From a virus (lineage: Duplodnaviria; Caudoviricetes), in the IMG/VR virus record IMGVR_UViG_3300025858_000016, positions 30,010 through 94,009 of that record: a stretch of DNA of 64,000 nucleotides, one strand, 5' to 3'. Shown piece after piece: positions 58,540 to 64,000 of this stretch (positions are counted from its first letter, which is position 1; every line of letters starts with the position of its first letter). Under the pieces are notes generated by a model. That model searched no databases, was not told the DNA's origin, and saw nothing but the letters and a program-made list of their open reading frames with translations. The translations under genes and the position numbers were made by a program.

Positions 58540-59964
58540 ATGAGTGATAAAATCAGAGAGTATGATGAACAAATAGCTAAACTTCAAATTGAAAGAAATT
58601 TGAGGTTGGAGTCAGATTTACGTTCTAATGACCCTGATGCTATATTTAAAGCTCAGAATTACTTACAGGAGTCAAGAAGTAAAAAGAAGGATATACGTTC
58701 GTTTTTGTTCGATCCATTTGAGGCTTACTCAGCAACAGGTGGATATAAGCAGCAAAGGAAACGTGTATCCTTTGATATTTTAAAGAAAGTAGCTGATACT
58801 CCTATTATTAGTCAGGTAATTACAACTCGTATAGCTCAGGTTCAGAATTTCTTAAGATTTACTCAGAATGAACAAGAAGAAGGGTATACTATAAGAAAAA
58901 AGAAGAGTTTATTTGATGATGGTAAAAAGAAAGAATTGACTGATGAAGAAAAGAAGAAAATTGAGTATATTGTTAATTTTTTAGATAATGGGGGAGTAAA
59001 GAGTAAGTGGGATATTACTGATGATTTGCATAATTTTACTGCAAAAATATTAAAAGATTCTCTGAGTTATGATCAGATAGCTGCTGAGTGTGAGAGAAAT
59101 TATAGATTTGAACTTATTGGCTATAATGCTATAGATGCATCAACCATAAGATTATTAGAAACTATTGATCCAAGATTTACAGAACAGGCTAAGCAGAAAT
59201 ATAATGAAATGTTTGGATATTTACCTCGTTATGGCCAGGTATATCAGAGTAATATAATGCGTAATTTTAAGACTAATGAAGAAATAGTCTTTTATCCATG
59301 GGAGTTAATGTATGATCAGAGGAATCGTTCCACAGCACTTGAAAAGAATGGTTATGGTACATCTGAGATAGAGATCTTGTTAGATATTATTACTTGGGCC
59401 TTGTGGGGTATGCAATACAACGGTAACTTCTTTAAACAAGGAAGTAACCCAAAGGGATTTGTGAATATAAAGAGTAATGATGTGAATATGGATATTTTGA
59501 ATGATTTTAGACAGACATGGCGACAGATGTTAGCTGGAGTAAATAATTCACATAAAATCCCTATTTTTTCAGGTATAGATTTAGAGTGGGTGGATTTACA
59601 GATGAATAATAGAGATATGGAGTTTCAACAGTGGATGGAGTTTTTGATGGTTATGATATTTAGTACATTCACTATTGACCCTAGTGAGTTAGGCTATTCA
59701 TTTAAAGAACAGGCTCAGATATTTGGTCAGGATGGTCAGAAGGAGAGATTAAAACATAGTAAACATAAGGGGTTAAAACCTTTGTTATTGTTCTTAGAAA
59801 AGAATTATACTAAGTCTATTGTATCAGAACTTGATAGAGAGTATGAATTTATATTTACAGGTATAGATAGGGAAGATGAAGAGGTTGTGGTAGATATTAC
59901 AAAGAAGAAATTAGATGCAGGTATGATGCCATTAGAAGCAGCTTTTGAAAAGGAAATGGGATAA
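58540..59964 (+). CDS. portal protein (apparent frameshift near the 3' end)
   Basis: DSLSYDQ, AIDASTIR, GYGTSEIE, NFFKQGSNPKG, NRDMEFQQW, IDPSELG, GLKPLL. Confidence 0.85.
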   Translation: MSDKIREYDEQIAKLQIERNLRLESDLRSNDPDAIFKAQNYLQESRSKKKDIRSFLFDPFEAYSATGGYKQQRKRVSFDILKKVADTPIISQVITTRIAQVQNFLRFTQNEQEEGYTIRKKKSLFDDGKKKELTDEEKKKIEYIVNFLDNGGVKSKWDITDDLHNFTAKILKDSLSYDQIAAECERNYRFELIGYNAIDASTIRLLETIDPRFTEQAKQKYNEMFGYLPRYGQVYQSNIMRNFKTNEEIVFYPWELMYDQRNRSTALEKNGYGTSEIEILLDIITWALWGMQYNGNFFKQGSNPKGFVNIKSNDVNMDILNDFRQTWRQMLAGVNNSHKIPIFSGIDLEWVDLQMNNRDMEFQQWMEFLMVMIFSTFTIDPSELGYSFKEQAQIFGQDGQKERLKHSKHKGLKPLLLFLEKNYTKSIVSELDREYEFIFTGIDREDEEVVVDITKKKLDAGMMPLEAAFEKEMG

Positions 59965-60208
59965 ATTAGATCCTAAAAAGGATACTATATTAAATAGTGT
60001 ATATTTACAATCACAACAGATGAAGATGTATGGCGGAGAAGAACAAAATCAAATGGTTGATGAAATGACAAGTGAAGAAGAAACAGGTGTTCAAAATCCA
60101 TTTGATAAATTTGAAAATGGTGTTACTCCTGATATGAGAAAGTCTATAAATAGTAATCCTATAACGAGAGAGTGTTTGAAATACGTCGATTCTCAATTAA
60201 ATTCATAA
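59945..60208 (+). CDS. probable out-of-frame C-terminal part of the portal
   Basis: Overlaps the portal end; KLDPKKDTILNSVYLQSQQMK... Confidence 0.5.
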   Translation: MKRKWDKLDPKKDTILNSVYLQSQQMKMYGGEEQNQMVDEMTSEEETGVQNPFDKFENGVTPDMRKSINSNPITRECLKYVDSQLNS

Positions 60209-60319
60209 AGTCATGGATTATATTGATATATTACATAATTTAAAACCAAATGAATTTATAATTCATTAGTGTTGACTAATTTGTTAATTTATTCTGTATA
60301 ATTTTAAAATTAAAATAAA

Positions 60320-61858
60320 ATGGATATTGAACAGAAAAATAGAGAGTTATTACAATCTCAAAGAGATAATATTCGTAAGTCTTTATTAGAATTATCAGAT
60401 GATGTGCAGGATGAAATTATAAAAGCTAAAAGAGCTCAGGTTGGTGAAGTACGTAAATGGGCTGGCGGTTCATTTAGGAAGACAGAGAATGGTTGGGTAC
60501 CAGTAAAAGAAGGTGGAGAAAAAGCTCCTAAGACAGTTGAAGAAGAAACTAAGGAGGGTCCACAAGATATTACAGAAGCAGCTAAGAATGCTTCTGAAAG
60601 TGCTTTACAGAATGCTATAAAGGTTAGTAATGATCCTAAAGTAAGAGAGGCTGCACATAGGGAATTAGAACGTAGAAAGAATGAAGAAGCAACAGATACA
60701 TTTAAGGCACCTGAAGATTTTCCTCCATCAGAGTTAGGTAAACATGCTGATGAAGTTATGAAGGAACGTATGAAGAATACAGAATCTGAAAAGAGTAAAG
60801 ATAATGGTAAGAATAAAGATGAAACTAAGCAAGAAAACAAAAAGGAAGAACCTATTAGTGATAAAGATAAAGATATGTTAGATAAGTTTAAGAAACTTTC
60901 ATCTGAAGCACAGAAAAGAGTATTAGAAGATATGACTAATCCTGAGCAGAAGAAGAATGATTTACCAGATGAAGTAAATAAATTATTAGATAAGATGTCT
61001 CCTGAAGAACGTAAGAAAGTATTAGAACGGGCTGTTGGTGGGGAGAAGAAAGAAGAAGGCAAAAAGGGTAATACTGAGAAAGAAAAACAAACATATTCTG
61101 ATAAGTTTGATTATGATAATATAAGAGAGTGGTCTGGTGAAGATATAACTGATAAACAAATTAATGATGTTATGGGGACATTATTTGAAGAAGGGGAAGT
61201 AGATGTTAAAGATTTTAAAATAAGAGCAGAATCCAAAAATGAAGAGAGTAGAAAAAGCTGGGATAAAGTTGATAGATTAATGATGGAGGTAAAACCTGGT
61301 ATGTGGCCGGTTGATATGTCAGATAAAGATATAAAAGATGTTATATGGGGTGCTATTATGAATTATAACACAAGTTCTAAAAATATTGTAAAATCATTAC
61401 TTTTACAAAACATAGAAGATAAAGATTTAATTGAGAAGTCACATATCAATGAGTTTGTGTATAATAAAGATATGGAAATAAGCAAGACAGGTAAAGAATT
61501 AAAAGAAAAGTTTGGTGAGATGTTAAAGGAAGAGATTGACGATGTAAGAGGATTATCAACTAAGATAAATGAAAAAGTTGAAGAAATTAGTGAACGACCA
61601 ACTAAGAAAGTAAAAGATGTGTGGGGTTGGAGAATTGATGGTTGGGAAGATAAATTACCAGTATTACCTCTTGTATATAACGAAGAATATATAGTTGGTG
61701 GAGCACCAGATAAAGACAAGTGTGAATATGATCGATTAGTAAGTAGATTAATAGATTGTAGTATAGAGGTTATTATGTTGAACACTATGATAGATAATAT
61801 GAAAGACAGTAAAGAGTATAAGTTAACAGTAAGACAGGCTTCAATGTTAGGTTTTTAA
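60320..61858 (+). CDS. putative head-associated charged protein
   Basis: E/K-rich; IRKS, IIKA, IVKS and IEKS motifs; VGEVRKWAGG..RK. Confidence 0.5.
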   Translation: MDIEQKNRELLQSQRDNIRKSLLELSDDVQDEIIKAKRAQVGEVRKWAGGSFRKTENGWVPVKEGGEKAPKTVEEETKEGPQDITEAAKNASESALQNAIKVSNDPKVREAAHRELERRKNEEATDTFKAPEDFPPSELGKHADEVMKERMKNTESEKSKDNGKNKDETKQENKKEEPISDKDKDMLDKFKKLSSEAQKRVLEDMTNPEQKKNDLPDEVNKLLDKMSPEERKKVLERAVGGEKKEEGKKGNTEKEKQTYSDKFDYDNIREWSGEDITDKQINDVMGTLFEEGEVDVKDFKIRAESKNEESRKSWDKVDRLMMEVKPGMWPVDMSDKDIKDVIWGAIMNYNTSSKNIVKSLLLQNIEDKDLIEKSHINEFVYNKDMEISKTGKELKEKFGEMLKEEIDDVRGLSTKINEKVEEISERPTKKVKDVWGWRIDGWEDKLPVLPLVYNEEYIVGGAPDKDKCEYDRLVSRLIDCSIEVIMLNTMIDNMKDSKEYKLTVRQASMLGF

Positions 61859-61883
61859 TCGTTAAAAATTAAAGAAACTAAAT

Positions 61884-62516
61884 ATGAGACTTTACACATT
61901 TGATGGTAACAAGATAAATGGTATAGCATACCCACCTAATACTTTGGGATTAGGTATTACGGGTAATACTATTTCATTATATTATTTGTCTAATTTTTCT
62001 TTATGTTTGACAGCAAACTTGGAAGATATAGAAGATAGTAATGGAGATCCATTCACTACTATTGCTGATTTTATAACTTATTGGAATTCAGCATTTATTG
62101 ATACATCAAGTAATATAATAGCAGAACTACCTAAAGACACTATTGATCAGTTTGTCTTAACATCATTAGTTGATACTACTAATGTAACAGCTGGGACAAA
62201 TTATTACTCAGCTGCTGGCGGTATAAGTATGGATGGGTATAGTAGTTTATCATTAACCGGTAAATTAATAACTACTGGCACTATTACGATGACTGTTGAA
62301 GTAACTAATGATGAGGATACTGCTAATGCAGATTGGGTACAGAGTTATTTTTATGATTTGAAAAGTGATGGTTTTGTAAATTCTCTAACAGTCACTAATA
62401 CAACATTAACTTTTGCTATATTGATGAATGGTTTGAATTGCAGATTAGTTAGAATAAAGATAGTGGATAGTGCTTCTACTAATACTTATATTGTAAAATC
62501 AAGACGGGTATTTTAA
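61884..62516 (+). CDS. putative virion structural protein
   Basis: T/S-rich beta protein in the structural region. Confidence 0.45.
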   Translation: MRLYTFDGNKINGIAYPPNTLGLGITGNTISLYYLSNFSLCLTANLEDIEDSNGDPFTTIADFITYWNSAFIDTSSNIIAELPKDTIDQFVLTSLVDTTNVTAGTNYYSAAGGISMDGYSSLSLTGKLITTGTITMTVEVTNDEDTANADWVQSYFYDLKSDGFVNSLTVTNTTLTFAILMNGLNCRLVRIKIVDSASTNTYIVKSRRVF

Positions 62517-62517
62517 T

Positions 62518-63939
62518 ATGAAAAGTAGATTTGGATTTGAATTTTGTAATCAATTAGGCGAACTTGGAAACGTTCGACTTGGCTCAAAGTTGAACCCTCA
62601 ATACGGGGTGCAATGGGATACAACAGTACCTTCTACAATACTTACAAAAGTAGGTGCTGCAAGTGTTCATCTTGCACAGCCTATTTACAATAAGATCAGG
62701 TTTGCTTGCGTAAATGATGATCTGTCAATAAATTATTATCTTGACCCAACAAATCATAATTATAAAGAAAATGGTGATCCTTCAAATTTAACCGGTGCTG
62801 ATGGGCAGGTAATTGGTATCATCCCTGCGTTTTATGTTAAATTTTATTCAATAGGAACACAGCCTTATCTATTAGTGTCTGAATCACCAATTTCTGGCTA
62901 TACTTACAAGTTTCCAAGAACTGGTATTGGTAAGTATCTAGGTTCGATTGATAGCAACGGGAAACTTGCATCTGTGTCAGGAGTTATGCCTGCTGTAAAT
63001 TATGCTTGTAGTTTTGCAGCAAATAGTTTCGGCGCAAGAGCAAGAGCAAGGGGTGCTGGATGGAATCCTGTTACTGAATATCAGGCTTTGCAGCAACAGA
63101 TCATTGAACTGATTTTTACTGCTAATTTCAATGCACAATCTGCCATCAGTGCAGGTGCTACTAATGACGACGGGGGATGGTCATATCGTGGTTATGGTGG
63201 GATCAAGTTAAATGGGCTTTCAAATTCATACGGCAACTACACAGGCTCAATTCCTTTTACTGTAAACGATTGGTTTAAAGGTGCTACGACATCAACAGCA
63301 ACTAATAAAGTAATAAGCACAGGTCGTTTCGCAATAGCAAAAGGATGGAAAGCGGGATTGATAGGCCTGACGATTAAAAATACGACAACGAACGCAACTG
63401 CTGTGATTACTGCTAAAGATAGCGACAACCAGCTTTCAATAGATGCTGACATCTTCACCGCTACTGCTCAGAATTTCACAATTATCAATAGTACATTTTC
63501 GTCACAGGATGCCGTATTTGCCGGCTTTGAGGATTATTTCGGACAAGTTTACGAATGGCGCGCCGGCGCGCTCGTTAACTTCAGCGAAATAGGAGGAGCA
63601 ACACCGTTGGCGGAATTATATCGGTGCAAAGATGCCTCTAAAGCTGCTGACACGATCACGGCTGATTATGCGAAAGTAGGTGAGATGCCTACTGTTGGGG
63701 GATTTATCACGAGCCTAATTCCGGGCACCATGATGCCGCTCACGGTGGGAGGGTCGTCAGCTATATATATGGCAGATTACTACTATGCAAGCACCTCGAA
63801 CGGCGTCCGCCTCGTCCTCTCGGGTGGCCACCTGAACTCCTGGGCGTCTGCCGGCCCGCGCCCCGTGAATGCGAGCAGCGCTACCGACTACGCGCATGCC
63901 ATCATCGGCGCTAGGCTGGGCTTGACTTTCGCGGAATAA
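62518..63939 (+). CDS. fibre/adhesin-like protein with C-terminal CLec-like domain (DGR target-like)
   Basis: GFEDYFGQVYEW; GGSSAIYMADYYY; SGG..N....AG....N.......IGARL. Confidence 0.7.
   Translation: MKSRFGFEFCNQLGELGNVRLGSKLNPQYGVQWDTTVPSTILTKVGAASVHLAQPIYNKIRFACVNDDLSINYYLDPTNHNYKENGDPSNLTGADGQVIGIIPAFYVKFYSIGTQPYLLVSESPISGYTYKFPRTGIGKYLGSIDSNGKLASVSGVMPAVNYACSFAANSFGARARARGAGWNPVTEYQALQQQIIELIFTANFNAQSAISAGATNDDGGWSYRGYGGIKLNGLSNSYGNYTGSIPFTVNDWFKGATTSTATNKVISTGRFAIAKGWKAGLIGLTIKNTTTNATAVITAKDSDNQLSIDADIFTATAQNFTIINSTFSSQDAVFAGFEDYFGQVYEWRAGALVNFSEIGGATPLAELYRCKDASKAADTITADYAKVGEMPTVGGFITSLIPGTMMPLTVGGSSAIYMADYYYASTSNGVRLVLSGGHLNSWASAGPRPVNASSATDYAHAIIGARLGLTFAE
63808..63920 (+). repeat. 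putative DGR variable repeat (VR)
   Basis: GC-rich stretch; NNY codons at the positions where a template would carry AAY. Confidence 0.65.
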
Positions 63940-64000
63940 TTTTAAATAGAAATGTCATGTTAATAAATCAGAGTAGTGACTTTATAATGCCAGCTTTCTT

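Noticed and set aside
1376-63458. Minus-strand and nested alternative-frame ORFs in the track (e.g. 32107-32526, 60436-61062, 61363-61785)
   Set aside because: They are shadows of well-supported + strand genes, with low-complexity S/F/L-rich translations and no motifs
1-64000. Alternative genetic code (TAG or TGA recoding)
   Set aside because: Conserved genes are full length in code 11 and end naturally at TAG (dut, dnaE) or TGA (folE, primase-adjacent overlaps); no suppressor tRNA is seen

Overview
A 64-kb segment of a large, very AT-rich tailed dsDNA phage, with essentially all real genes on the + strand in the standard genetic code. The host is probably Bacteroidota: Bacteroidota-like NrdJ, no Shine-Dalgarno sequences, TAnnTTT(G/A) promoter boxes, and a tmRNA tag starting with Gly. 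Order: tail/baseplate-like genes; DEDDh exonuclease, large terminase, helicase and primase; a 7-deazaguanine DNA-modification and nucleotide-metabolism cluster (queD, queE, folE, MazG, dUTPase, DpdA/TGT-like, kinase, queF, queC, thyX); DnaE, SSB-like, SbcD-RecA-SbcC and a resolvase. An accessory region follows, with tRNA-Arg, NAD+ ligase, two integron-like gene cassettes, SNF2 helicase, SSB, RNase H, GroEL, a class II RNR with an HNH intein, and an IS200/IS605 TnpB element. Then come a non-coding RNA island, head/portal genes, and a fibre-like gene ending in a DGR-type variable repeat. The best candidate for a new system is the RNA island (52.9-54.5 kb). It holds tRNA-Leu, two ornate structured RNAs I cannot assign, and a circularly permuted two-piece tmRNA whose intervening segment carries another folded RNA with partial RNase P-like motifs. 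The two large RNAs and the tmRNA are each preceded by the same 12-nt boxA-like motif. All calls come from reading motifs by eye; no database searches were run.
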